Counted from the stretch's first letter, positions 19,901 through 30,190 are shown. The stretch: 32,000 nucleotides of DNA from Mycobacterium leprae TN (GCF_000195855.1 NC_002677.1:3120001-3152000); one strand, 5' to 3'. Notes: generated from the letters alone by a model not told the origin. Program-made: numbers and translations.

Positions 19901-20260
19901 CGTGCACCTGTTGTTAGATTTCATACGGCAATGCGATATAGTCCGGATACGGCGTGCGTTGCTGATCCAAATTTTGAGCATTTTTGATCAGCAAGCTTCC
20001 GGAGCCATCGGGTAGCGCCGTTGTCGACATAGTCTACAAATAAAAGCCGACGCCTGGCTCGGTTAGCTCCATGGTGGTCCGTAGCGCGAGGTAGGAGTTG
20101 CCGTGCTTTAACCTCACGCACGATTGGTTTTGACATCGCAATTGATGAATACCCGCACGGGGGCTACCAGCTTTTCTTCCTTGGTGTTGCGTTCAACATA
20201 TCTAATTCGTGTCGACCTCCGGATTGATCCCGGATCGACAATCTGCCAGCATGTGGCGTT

Positions 20261-21280
20261 GTGACTGCTAACGGGCACGCAGGCCGACGTGAAGGCGGCC
20301 CCTACTTCGACGATCTCTCAATTGGTCAAGTGTTTGATTGGGCGCCGGCGGTGACCTTGACGTCAGGGATGGCTGCTGTTCATCAGGCGATTTTGGGCGA
20401 CCGGATGCGCCTGGCTCTGGATGCCGAGCTATCCACCACGGTGATAGGCACACACGCTATGCTGGCACATCCAGGACTGGTTTGCGATGTGGCGATTGGG
20501 CAATCTACGCTGGTCACCCAGCGGGTGAAAGCCAACCTGTTCTATCGCGGGCTCACATTTCACCGCTTTCCGGTCATCGGCGACACCCTATATACCAGCA
20601 CCGAAGTAGTTGGTTTGCAGGCTAATTCGGCGAAACCTGGCCGGCCGCCGACAGGAATGGCGGCGCTGCGAATCACCACAACCGACCAGCACGATCGGTT
20701 GGTGCTTGACTTCTACCGCTGTGCCATGCTGCCCGCCAGTGCGGCTTGGCATCCCCACGACGCACTGAACCGCAACGATGACCTGGCCAACGTCGGAGCC
20801 GACGCCGTAGCGTCGGCCTCCGATCCAACCGGGCAGTGGGACGCCGCGGCTTTCCGGGAACGGGTGCCCGGTCCGCATTTCGACGCCGGTATAACTGGTG
20901 CGGTGTTGCGCAGCACCGGCGACATCGTGAGCAGTGCACCGGATCTGGCTAGACTTACTTTAAATATTGCTTCTACACACCATGATTCGCGAGTAAGGGG
21001 GCTCCGGCTGGTATATGGTGGACACACCATTGGTCTGGCGCTGGCCCAGGCCGGCCGGATGTTGCCCAATCTGGCCACGGTGTTAAACTGGAGGTCTTGC
21101 GACCATACCGGACCTGTCCATGAGGGGGATACCCTTTACAGTGAACTGCATGTCGAGTCCGCCGAGGCGACAGAGCAGGGTGGCGTGTTGGGGTTGCGAT
21201 CGTTGGTTTACGCGGTGTCTGCAGCGGGCGGGTCCGACCATCTGGTGCTGGATTGGCGTTTTACCGTTCTGCAGTTTTAA
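20261..21280 (+). CDS. MaoC-like double-hotdog protein (Rv0216-like)
   Basis: 339-aa intact ORF with YFDDLSIGQVFDWAPAVTLTSGMAAVHQAILGDRMRLALD and a second repeat-like half; consistent with the double hotdog-fold family. Confidence 0.8.
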   Translation: MTANGHAGRREGGPYFDDLSIGQVFDWAPAVTLTSGMAAVHQAILGDRMRLALDAELSTTVIGTHAMLAHPGLVCDVAIGQSTLVTQRVKANLFYRGLTFHRFPVIGDTLYTSTEVVGLQANSAKPGRPPTGMAALRITTTDQHDRLVLDFYRCAMLPASAAWHPHDALNRNDDLANVGADAVASASDPTGQWDAAAFRERVPGPHFDAGITGAVLRSTGDIVSSAPDLARLTLNIASTHHDSRVRGLRLVYGGHTIGLALAQAGRMLPNLATVLNWRSCDHTGPVHEGDTLYSELHVESAEATEQGGVLGLRSLVYAVSAAGGSDHLVLDWRFTVLQF

Positions 21281-21412
21281 TTCGCTGCACGACGCTAACG
21301 CTGGGTTAGGCTTGGCGTCGTTAGCTGCCACAGCAGGCCAGTGAGCTAGCGACTGGTCAAGTAGTGGCTGGCCTATCTGGCAGGTATTCCTGACGAGCAA
21401 CCGGACTTCTTT

Positions 21413-21444
21413 CTTGTCAATGTTTTTGCTTGTCAATGTGTTTG
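21413..21444. repeat. 16-bp tandem duplication
   Basis: CTTGTCAATGTTTTTG (21413-21428) immediately followed by CTTGTCAATGTGTTTG (21429-21444), one mismatch. Confidence 0.8.
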
Positions 21445-22139
21445 GGTTATGCCGAATGTGTTGCCGCAGTCGTCGGCGACAGCGAGGGTGTCGGAAGCGA
21501 GGCGGCCACACTACTAACCGCCGGTTGGGCTGGACTACTTGGTTTGATCCGGACGTGGCCAACCGTCTATCGACGCTGCCTCCCAAACTTGGATGAGAAC
21601 CCGTCGACGTAATCGCTATGTTGCACTACTCAACACAGACAAAGTTCCCCTCACTTTTTGGTCAATGCTTCAACGTTGTGCCGCAACCTGTCTCGTATAC
21701 GTTGTCAACCACCTAAAAGGCTACAGTTGACATTCGTAGAAATGGCACTGGGTAAGGAAACGGCCGCCCCGTCGCGCATTCGCCGAATGTGGCTTCGGGC
21801 TCCGGCGCATGGGTTGGCTGGTCTGCTGGTGGCTGACCTGATCTCTATGTGGGAGGGCCTGCTGTGCGAGTATCTGCTGGCACGGGATTATGCCATCGCC
21901 GTCCAGGTCGAAAGCCCGTGTCGACCGGACGGAACTCCGTCTTCCTTCTTTGGCTGGATCAACAGTGAAAAGGTATTTAAAGACTGCATTTAGACCATCA
22001 AGGTAATGAGCTATGTATACTGCTGGAGGGTGCCGACCATCGTGATCGAAGTGTCCATGGCCGCGGTTGTCGTGACCTAAGCGGCGCTGATGACGACACC
22101 GTGTGGATGCATGTATCGAAAGGATTTTTAGCCTACTGG

Positions 22140-22313
22140 GTGGTCGATATCCGAGTTGGTACGGGGGCCGCCGAGGTAGGTCACAACTTTGCCGCTAGGC
22201 GAGATGATACCGTGTTCGACGTCGGCAGCTAAACTGTGCTTCCCGGCCTGAATGACCACCACATGCACCTACGCTCTGCAGCGCCCGTATTGGGACTCGC
22301 ATCGAGTAGGTAA
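22140..22313 (+). pseudogene. N-terminal relic of an amidohydrolase-family protein
   Basis: Translation from GTG 22140: VVDIRVGTGAAEVGHNFAARRDDTVFDVGS*TVLPGLNDHHMHLRSAAPVLGLASSR*; the PGLxDHHxHL metal-binding motif and its preceding context are typical. In-frame stop TAA before TVLPGL. Confidence 0.65.
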
Positions 22314-22529
22314 CGCCTGTTGTGGTTACCAAAAACCAACTAGCACACTCCTTGGCGAATTCCCTGCACGGGCCATAAAGATGTATTTAGCGCGGTAGAC
22401 TGTCACGAGTCGGTTTCCGGTGGTCTAGACCAGACCGTGTTATGTGCTTTATGCTCGACATTCCAGTGCGTGTGCAGCACCGCAGCGGTGCATTATCTGA
22501 ACTTTCATTTTCTAGCACTGTGTCAGGGA

Positions 22530-23760
22530 GGCATATTTGGGCACCTTCCCGGCTGGGTTGCGAAGCGGATTGGTAACGATCTCAAGCGCTGCGGGGTGTT
22601 TGTAGCGCGCGAGCCGATCAGGCAGGAACTCAAGTTAAGTTAGTCCTTGCTAGCCGCAAATGCTCATTCTTTACAGCCGCGGTCGGCACCTCGCTCCACT
22701 TTTCGTGAGCTCACCCGCTGGTGGAGACCTCGACGATGTCGGGATGGCCGGCGAGGATGTTCTCTGCCTCAAAGCAGTAGATGTTATCACCACCGGTGAT
22801 GCTCGTGTCCTTCTTGCTTGCTATCCACCTACCAGACGTAGCCATTTTCGTCCATTCAAACGAGGTCCTCGGTATGGAACCAGGGGCTAGCAAACACCTC
22901 CGAGGTAGCCGTCGAGTTGTTCCAAGTAACCGCTTATCCATGTCGGCGGCCGGTAAATTATTTCCACCACCTCAGCCAACAGCCACGTCGTTCATGTTCT
23001 CGTCGACCACCGCCCGGGCGACGGCCATACTAGATTACCGTCCTGACCGATCCGCGCTTACGGCTCCACGTCGTCGCCCAGCCGCAGGCAAGTGACCAGA
23101 GACATCTCGGCCGGACAGAATGCCGCCCTTCACCAGGGCTTCGGGGAAAGCTGTCGACGTTGACCACAGGGACGCCCAGCATGTTTGCCGGTGACAGCAA
23201 TGTGGAACAACGACCCACCACTGAAACCGATATCGCTGTTGATATTGGCGACGCTGGATATAAAACGATGTAATTGCGTGGCCAGCCAAGTTGATGTGCG
23301 TCAGCACGGCATCCTAAATGAAATTATCTGATGATATCCTATTAAGTGCACGTTATCTTTAGAGGATGTTATGCGCGATATTCACCGGTTCGGGTACATC
23401 ACCGGGCTCGTTGATGAACTCTTCCTAGCTGGACACGTGATCGTCAGAGGAGCCACCGGCAACGACGATCGTTACCGTTACTTAGTATGGGTTGGATGTC
23501 GGGCGGCGGTGACCACTTGCAACAGCACGGCTTCGGTGACTACACCTGTGCTTCGCACTCGTCAAACAGGGCGACGATCTAGGCTCAGAATGAGCCGGAA
23601 GTTCACCGGGATCGCAATGGACCCAAGTATGTTGGCGGCTAGCAACGACGCGAGGTTTGGCGGGCGGTTGAGGCATCAGGATCATCACCCGGTGTCCGAA
23701 CACGACGACGTACGCCACACCCATCAACACCTCATTGCGACGGCACCGCAGATCAACTTA
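22530..23760 (-). pseudogene. Fatty-acid-CoA ligase relic, FadD5-like
   Basis: Reverse-strand fragments in the correct order but different frames: GHRVMILM / LAAN.LGSIA.PVNFRL (N-side), LTHINLAGHA...INSDIGFS...LFHIAV, KKDTSITGGDNIYCFEAENILAGHPDIVEVSTSG, and EFLPDRLARYKHPAALEIVTNPLRNPAGKVPK (C-side). They match the FadD5 pattern and acyl-AMP ligase motifs. Confidence 0.8.
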
Positions 23761-24571
23761 TGTAACCGTGGTGCCAGGAAACCTAAGCGCCGTCGCCTAT
23801 GGTAGTATCAACGCGTGGTCGCTCGAGGTGGTTAACTCAGTTCTGCCGCCGAACGCAATAGGGTGGCTCGATGGTCTGTGCGAGGTGGCCGGCATGTTGC
23901 GTGGTAAGCCAGTACCTTACTCTTTGATCGTGCACTGCTTGTGGCAGTTGATATTTGCTAAAGCATTGTGTGGCTCGTACCCCACTAGGGCCTCGGTGGT
24001 CTCATTACAAACCCTAGATCAAGTTTCATCCGATCTTATGGCCGGCCCGGACAAGCCCTCGAAAATCCTGGCAGGTCACGTTAAAGCAACCCGATCTGCA
24101 TAGCCGACGGCTGTTGCCCCGGGCATAGTTGGCCAACGAAGTCGCAGGCCACTTAGCGAGGAAATCACCCGCCGACACTCATTCTGGCGTGACGATCATA
24201 AATTACATATACACCCCGCACAGTACCATCACATAACGCTAGGCATGTTCACGTAAAAATCTAGCCACGCACCACTCAGCACGGGTCATTTTAGTTAACC
24301 CAGTACAACGCTAAAACCCATGTTCTTCAACACCACTCGTATTCATTACCACTACTTAAGGAAAAGCACGTCTGCCGTTCATCGCGGCTGACAACAGTAA
24401 CCGGAAATCTGTGAGATAGGCTTCAGAAGTAAGCTACTTTGCCGAGGAGTTAGGCAGCGGTGGCTCTGATCATCGATGTCGAGGACCTGTGCAGTACGAA
24501 GCCGACGATTAGCTAAACCAGATACTAGACCGCTCTTGCATTTTCGTGCTAAGCCACGAACAGCTGAAGCC

Positions 24572-25042
24572 CTAGTTGGCGGCCAACTGCTCTGCACGCA
24601 GCTTGAGGTTCTCAGCGAGGTTGTCAAGCACGTTGTTTAGGAGCGCTTTCACCATTGGCGCAGGCACCGGCATGCTGGACTCGACATCGATGTCCACCGT
24701 CAACAAACTGGCTGCCCCGATCTCCACCGCGCTGAACAGTTGCTCCTGCTTGGTAAATAAGTCACCTTGCTGCATGATGGTTTGGATCTGGTTCGTAGCC
24801 GGGTAGTACACAGCTTGTATATAAGTACACTTCGTGCCTTGAATCTCGGTGTCGAGACGAAGCTGGCTGGGACGCCCATCGTCGTAGCGGGCGAGCACCC
24901 AAACACCCTTGACCCCATCATTCCACTGGGGGTAGGCCTCGAAGTCGGTGACAATGGCCATGATCGATGCGGCGGTAGCCCTGACCTCAACGGTCTTGCT
25001 CATAACTGGCATCGGCGAAGCATAACCGGGTACGCTCCCCAA
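24572..25042 (-). CDS. SRPBCC / polyketide cyclase-like protein (TB18.5/Rv0164-like)
   Basis: 156-aa intact ORF: MPVMSKTVEVRATAASIMAIVTDFEAYPQWNDGVKGVWVLARYDDGRPSQLRLD...LTVDIDVESSMPVPAPMVKALLNNVLDNLAENLKLRAEQL; closely resembles recalled TB18.5 sequence. Confidence 0.85.
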   Translation of the reverse strand: MGSVPGYASPMPVMSKTVEVRATAASIMAIVTDFEAYPQWNDGVKGVWVLARYDDGRPSQLRLDTEIQGTKCTYIQAVYYPATNQIQTIMQQGDLFTKQEQLFSAVEIGAASLLTVDIDVESSMPVPAPMVKALLNNVLDNLAENLKLRAEQLAAN

Positions 25043-27159
25043 TGACGGCCGAGTCCTGTGGTAAACGTCGAAAACTACTTCCTAGGCGGATATTTCAGTC
25101 GCTATCGCGGTGAGAATCGAACCAATGCCGTAGCCAGTAGTGACCGGATTGCGTCCGGAATCGGGATCGGTTTACGGCCGGTCTGAGTGACATGCCGTAA
25201 TCGACGCTACGGGGATAAAGCGGTTCTATCGGACGTTTGCACCTGGTGCTGGGTTCGACTGCCGTGTAGTGGTGAGCGGATCTGACGGGCGATAACCGGA
25301 CTGGGAAGCTTGGGCGGACCCACGCTGCCAGGGCGGTGAATCGTTGGGTTCCGGGCTGTGGCCCCTTTGGAGACCCTCCGGTGACTCTCCCGGTACAGAC
25401 GTTGCGCGATGTAGACCGGCACGCTCGACCGAACCATCCCCAATCAGGTCGTCGGCCGCGTTGAAGGCCCTCGATTCGTTCGGTGACGTCACCCCGACAC
25501 TGGTGTTGATCGCGGTATCGAACAGCTGGGGTAATAGACAGCATTTGTTGAGATAGCCGAACAGCAGTTCTGGTAGCAGTACGCCGTCGGTGAGCAAGCG
25601 AAGTGGCCCGTACAGGTCTGTGAGTACGACAGCGAGCAGGCGTGAGTGTGTCCGGTGCCGACGTCACCTAAGGCGCATGAATGTATGCCAACACGTTGCG
25701 ACGTCGATAGTCGATATGGGGTCAGCCCAGCCAACGTTGGTCACTAAAGCTATCCGGTTGATCACTTCGGTGACAAATGGCAGCTTGGGAATATCGGAAG
25801 TCGTGATGTCTCTGCGGGCGCGGAGTTGATCATTAGCACAAGTCCTGCACCACCGGTCTTGCTGAGCAAGAAATCAGATACCCCGAGTTGAATCCAGCGC
25901 GCCCAAAACAGTTTCCGGTGGGCTGATCGTCGGGAATGTGGTCCACCAACGTAGGCAGCCACATTGACGTCAAACCAAGCCCCACCACGCACTACAGGCT
26001 ACAGCCTCGGCTTCATGATGGTGCTCTGCCCGGCGGCAATCGCCGCGGACCATCAGGCCAGAAGAACCCGGGCCACCGACGTGGGTATTGATGATGACCT
26101 ATCCGCTAGCGCCTCCTGAAAGGCGATCATAATCCGCTTCATGTCGAGCGGTGTGCTAATCATGCTTTCGAAGACCTTGGTGTTAAACACCCAGTCCCCC
26201 ACTAGGCAATGCTGAACCATCGGGAAGATAAGGCACTGCAAGCTTGCCGGCTAGCGCGGAACCGGGCAGGTCGGCGAAGCTGCTGTTGCGCAGTGCGACG
26301 ATCTCGAACAACACATACTCACCCACGATCTCCCAGACAGCCACCAGTGGTGCCACTGCTCAACCGCGGCATGTAAATCATATAGCCATCCGGCACATAG
26401 GCCCAACGCATTACTGGCTCGGAGGCAACCGCTAGCGTCTGGATGGTAAACAGCGGACCGCCATTGAGTGCCTAGGTAAGGGTTGACAGAACTTGACCAG
26501 GGGTAAAATTCCAATAGTGGAGCGGGGCGATCCCCGCCTTGTGAGAATAGCGCCCCTGTGACCCGGGTTCTCAAAGTGAGCGAATTGACGCAGCCGGATC
26601 GGAGTCGAGAATCCCTACAGCTGTGTGGTGGGGCAAGCTGGTAGCGGACCCGTTACGACCGGCTCGATGAGCTAGTCATCAACGACACAGAAAGACCGCA
26701 ACGTGGGCAACAACACCCGCAAATGGGCGATCTCCGTCTTGGACGAGATCGCCAACAACATGGCTATTTTCGATCCTCGAGGTTAACAGCGATATTGACG
26801 GCGTGCAGCATCAACCCCACCACAGTTCAACGTCCGCTCCAGGCCTTCACCCCCAAGCTACTCACGATTACCACCAACAAGACCGCCGCAAGACCAAGGC
26901 CCGGAGCAAGCTCTCCACCAACACACGCATCGCTAAAAGGCAACAGGGGGAGTCCGTGATGCTTAAAGCAGCAGCGACGCATTAACACCAAGACCATAGC
27001 GCGTAACACTTTTGCCGTGTTTAGTAAATTCCCGAACTGATGGTCCGTCACCGGGATGTCGTTAACCGCCGCTGAGGTTTACACTCGGAGGCGGTCGAAC
27101 GATCCAACGGTCACGCAATTCGGCAATAGCTTAGTAAAGGATAGGATTCGGAGCTTGCC

Positions 27160-27620
27160 GGCCCGAGCGATAAAACTAGCCGAGATCGATAACTCGACGT
27201 GATAGCGGATTATGGCCACCGCCAAGGTACTCAGCCACAACGGCAAAACCAAGCTGGGACTATCCGACATAGCTGGCCAGCCCGAAGTGTCACTAGCGAC
27301 ACTTTCCCCTAACTGCTTCGCATCCAAAAATCGCGTTGCTCTCGCCATTCACTCACTATGAGTGACAGGTCTTCGAAAGTGGCTAAGGCAACCGCAGGAC
27401 TCAAGAGCGCCGGCAGACTCAACGCCGCGGTACGATTCATTGTCGATTATCAGCATTCTTATTCGGGGGTGAAGGGTAGATGTCGAGCCCAAGCACGTTA
27501 TCGCATAAGTTTCTCGTGTGAATCCGCAAATGCGGAAAACTCTAACGGCGGCTGCCCAGGCGACCCAACGACGCGGTAAAATCGGCGACGGTAATCCGGA
27601 TCGAGGCACCATACTACGTG
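27160..27620 (+). pseudogene. TetR-family regulator relic
   Basis: Forward translation near 27209-27310: IMATAKVLSHNGKTKLGLSDIAGQPEVSLATLF, matching the TetR HTH pattern (I..AA..LF...G...L...DIA..AGVS..TLYRYF), followed by a stop and a frame change. Confidence 0.55.
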
Positions 27621-27694
27621 GTCCGAAGCGACTACACGGATTCATTTCTAGCGGCGCTGCGCCCTGTGGTTAGAATCAAGCGGCTCCGGACCGA

Positions 27695-29044
27695 TTAATC
27701 GAACAAAACCGCAGCATTGAGGTAGCCGGTAGGATCCAACGCCGCTTTGATCGTCCGCATAGCAGCGATATCGGCCGGATCCCGCGACATCCTAAGATAG
27801 GCACGCTTGTTACTACCTACGCCGTGTTCCGAGCTTACATTGCCGCCGGCTTGCGCTATGAGTTCCATCATCGCTGCGGTCAACGTCTTCTCGCGATCGG
27901 GTGGACAGCGTAAAACGTTGAGGTGCAGATTGCCCTCACCGACGTGACCGAACAGCACGGGCAGCGCTTCCTGAACATCCGATACTTGCGCGTCGATCAA
28001 AGTTGCTGCTTCCTTTGCGAATCCACTAATCGCCGATAGAGGCAACGAAACGTCAAATTTCAGCGGCGGCCCATAAACGCCGAGCACCTCCGCCAACGAT
28101 TCGCGCACGCGCCATAACCGCTGCTGTGCCCCGGCATCCACACCCACCGCGGGAACGCCACACATCTGCACGGCCATGGACAGTTCAGCGAGTCGATTGG
28201 TCTGGTCGTGGTCAGCGGCCAGTTCCACCAGTAACAGCCAGTCGCCATCAACCGGGGAGCTCACCCCTAGGTGCTCGCGGATCAGCGAACTGGCACGGCC
28301 GTCGATCAATTCCAGTGCAGCAATCCCATACACGTCCCTAAAAGCCCGGCTGGCATCGACCAGCGCACCGAGGTCGGAGAACCCGCAGACCGCCGTCACC
28401 CGGTGCGCCGGGGCCGGGTGGAGTCGCAGATCCAACGCAGTGATGACACCGAGGGTGCCTTCGGCGCCGACAAACAGGGCCGGCAAGTTATAGCCGGTGT
28501 TGTCGAAGCGCGCCAGACTGTGCCTACACAGCAGCGAACCGTCGGGCAGTGCCACCTCTAGGCCGATGACTTGCTCGCCCATGTTGCCGTAGCGAACGGT
28601 GCGTAGGCCGCCGGCGTTCGTTGAGGCCATTCCGCCTACGGTCGCGGTGGCGCGGGCGCACAGGTCCACGCCGAACACCAAACCGGCTGCGGTAGCGGCA
28701 TTTTGCACCGCAGTCAAGGTTGCTCCGGCACCGACCCGGAGACGGCGCTCGACGGTGTCTACCTCACTGATGGACCGTAGCCGCTCGGTGGACAACAGCA
28801 CGTCATTGTGCTCCGGGACGGTACCGGCCACCAATGAGGTCCGACCGCCTTGAACGGTGACGTGTGCCCCGACATCGCGGCAGACCCGCAGTACCTCAGT
28901 CACCTGCTCGGCCGTACCCGGCCTCACCAACGCCCTGGCCTGGCCCCGATACCGACCTGTGTGATCAATGCTGTGGGCGATCAGTACATCGGGATCCGCA
29001 ATTACGTGGCTCGATCCCACCACGGCCGCAAGGCTGCGCAGCAT
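27695..29044 (-). CDS. FAD-linked oxidase, glycolate oxidase GlcD / D-lactate dehydrogenase-like (Rv0161-like)
   Basis: 449-aa ORF with LVRPGTAEQVTEVLRVCRDVGAHVTVQGGRTSLVAG, GATVGG-type segment ATATVGGMASTNAGGLRTVRYGNMGEQVIGLEVALPDG, and FGHVGEGNLHLNV / SSEHGVGSNKRAYL. Confidence 0.9.
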   Translation of the reverse strand: MLRSLAAVVGSSHVIADPDVLIAHSIDHTGRYRGQARALVRPGTAEQVTEVLRVCRDVGAHVTVQGGRTSLVAGTVPEHNDVLLSTERLRSISEVDTVERRLRVGAGATLTAVQNAATAAGLVFGVDLCARATATVGGMASTNAGGLRTVRYGNMGEQVIGLEVALPDGSLLCRHSLARFDNTGYNLPALFVGAEGTLGVITALDLRLHPAPAHRVTAVCGFSDLGALVDASRAFRDVYGIAALELIDGRASSLIREHLGVSSPVDGDWLLLVELAADHDQTNRLAELSMAVQMCGVPAVGVDAGAQQRLWRVRESLAEVLGVYGPPLKFDVSLPLSAISGFAKEAATLIDAQVSDVQEALPVLFGHVGEGNLHLNVLRCPPDREKTLTAAMMELIAQAGGNVSSEHGVGSNKRAYLRMSRDPADIAAMRTIKAALDPTGYLNAAVLFD

Positions 29045-29132
29045 GTTTGCGGTTATATCACCCGCGGACCGCTGCGTCGTGCAGGTCGACCGGCAATCCT
29101 GTGGAGGGATCTCTATAGGCGTTCACTAAGTT

Positions 29133-29430
29133 TCACAAATGTTCATGCGGCACATCGCTCACCAGTCCACCATCAATTACGAACTCGCTATTAGGCCCGT
29201 AGGACGACTCGTTGACGGCCAAGAACACGACAAAAGTCGACACTTCTCCCAGATTGGCTAGGAGGTCGAGTGGGTATAGTGACCATGTTTTCCGGCAGGT
29301 TGGAAGTCATCGGGGTGCGGATGAAGCCGGGGTGAATCGAGTTCACTCCGATGTTCAACGGCGCCAACTCCAAGATCGACGCAGCCAAACTCAACGAAGC
29401 TTATGTGAAACGCGGTACGGCCTGGCAAAC
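29133..29430 (-). pseudogene. Short-chain dehydrogenase/reductase C-terminal relic
   Basis: Reverse strand: SILELAPLNIGVNSIHPGFIRTPMTSNLPENMVTIP, then in another frame YGPNSEFVIDGGLVSDVPHEHL*; canonical SDR (FabG3-like) C-terminal motifs with a frameshift between. Confidence 0.75.
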
Positions 29431-29528
29431 CACTTTACTTTACTCTGCTCTTAATATCTAATACTCACGGTAACGTGTTGGTCACTTTTGACTGGGAAAG
29501 GGCCCAGTGATCAGTAAGGACGACGGAT

Positions 29529-30190
29529 ATGACATATGTAATAACCGTCCCGGAGATATTGATGTCTTCCGCAGCCTAAATATAAAAGATCGGGCTCGAC
29601 AATCAGCGCGGCCCTACGTGAACACGACTAGCACTACAACCGAATTACTGCCGAAGGCAGAAGATGATTTTTCAGCAGATTCGAGACTCTAAATTTATTT
29701 TATGCGGCTAAAATGCAAGAGTATCGCCACGCAAGCGCCGGCTTTTCATAGTCAATTTACCAGATTCTGGCCGCAGAAGGAAACGCCTATACAATTGCCG
29801 AGGCCGACAACGCGGCCGCGTTGGGGAATGTACCGAGTAGGTACTTACCTCGATGCTGGAGTTCGCATTTGCCAAGCCGTTATCGGCGTTAATTACGGGC
29901 AGTGGCGACACTCCGTAACCTGACCCGATTGACCAGACTGTCGTCAACAGCTCCTACATCCAACGTTTCTTCCCAAGGAGCCAACTTCTTAGGCTGCCAG
30001 GATACCCAAAGAATAATTTTGGCCAGTTACCGCACGCACTGGGCAACCTGACATTCACCCAGTACGACGATTGCCATGGCATAACTCTGCTGAGCAAAGC
30101 GATTAATGATTCGGTGTGTAGTTGTCGACGTCTCCGAACCATACTGGCAACAACCCAGTTACTACATGCTGATGACTCAGCACTCAGAAC
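29529..30190 (+). pseudogene. PE-family protein with PE-PPE-type C-terminal domain, degraded (Rv0159c/Rv0160c-like)
   Basis: MTYVITVPEILMSSAA*, then TELLPKAEDDFSA, YAAKMQEY, ATQAPAFHSQFTRF and AAEGNAYTIAEADNAAALGN across frames match the PE N-terminus; downstream FGQLPHALGNLTFTQYDDCHGITLLSKAIND resembles the PE-PPE domain. Confidence 0.8.

Noticed and set aside
21658-21993. 111-aa + ORF (LVADLISMWEGLLCEYLLARDYAIAVQVESPCRPDG...) as a functional protein or lipW relic
   Set aside because: No recognisable family signature and wrong strand for lipW; insufficient evidence.
22071-22700. Possible insertion sequence or RLEP-type dispersed repeat at the synteny junction
   Set aside because: I saw no transposase motif or terminal inverted repeats, and cannot verify identity with M. 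leprae repeat families without a search.
23735-24103. ORF MRRHRRSTYVTVVPGNLSAVAYGSINAWSLEVVNSVLPPNAIGWLDGLCEVAG... as a GntR-type Mce1R (Rv0165c) homolog
   Set aside because: Position and strand fit the expected Rv0165c slot, but I could not recognise a winged-helix or FadR-type motif, so it was not annotated.
25095-25667. 190-aa reverse ORF as a novel gene
   Set aside because: Arginine/proline/serine-rich composition, no hydrophobic core or domain motif, and overlapping antisense and alternate-frame ORFs of similar length; typical spurious ORF in moderately GC-rich decayed DNA.
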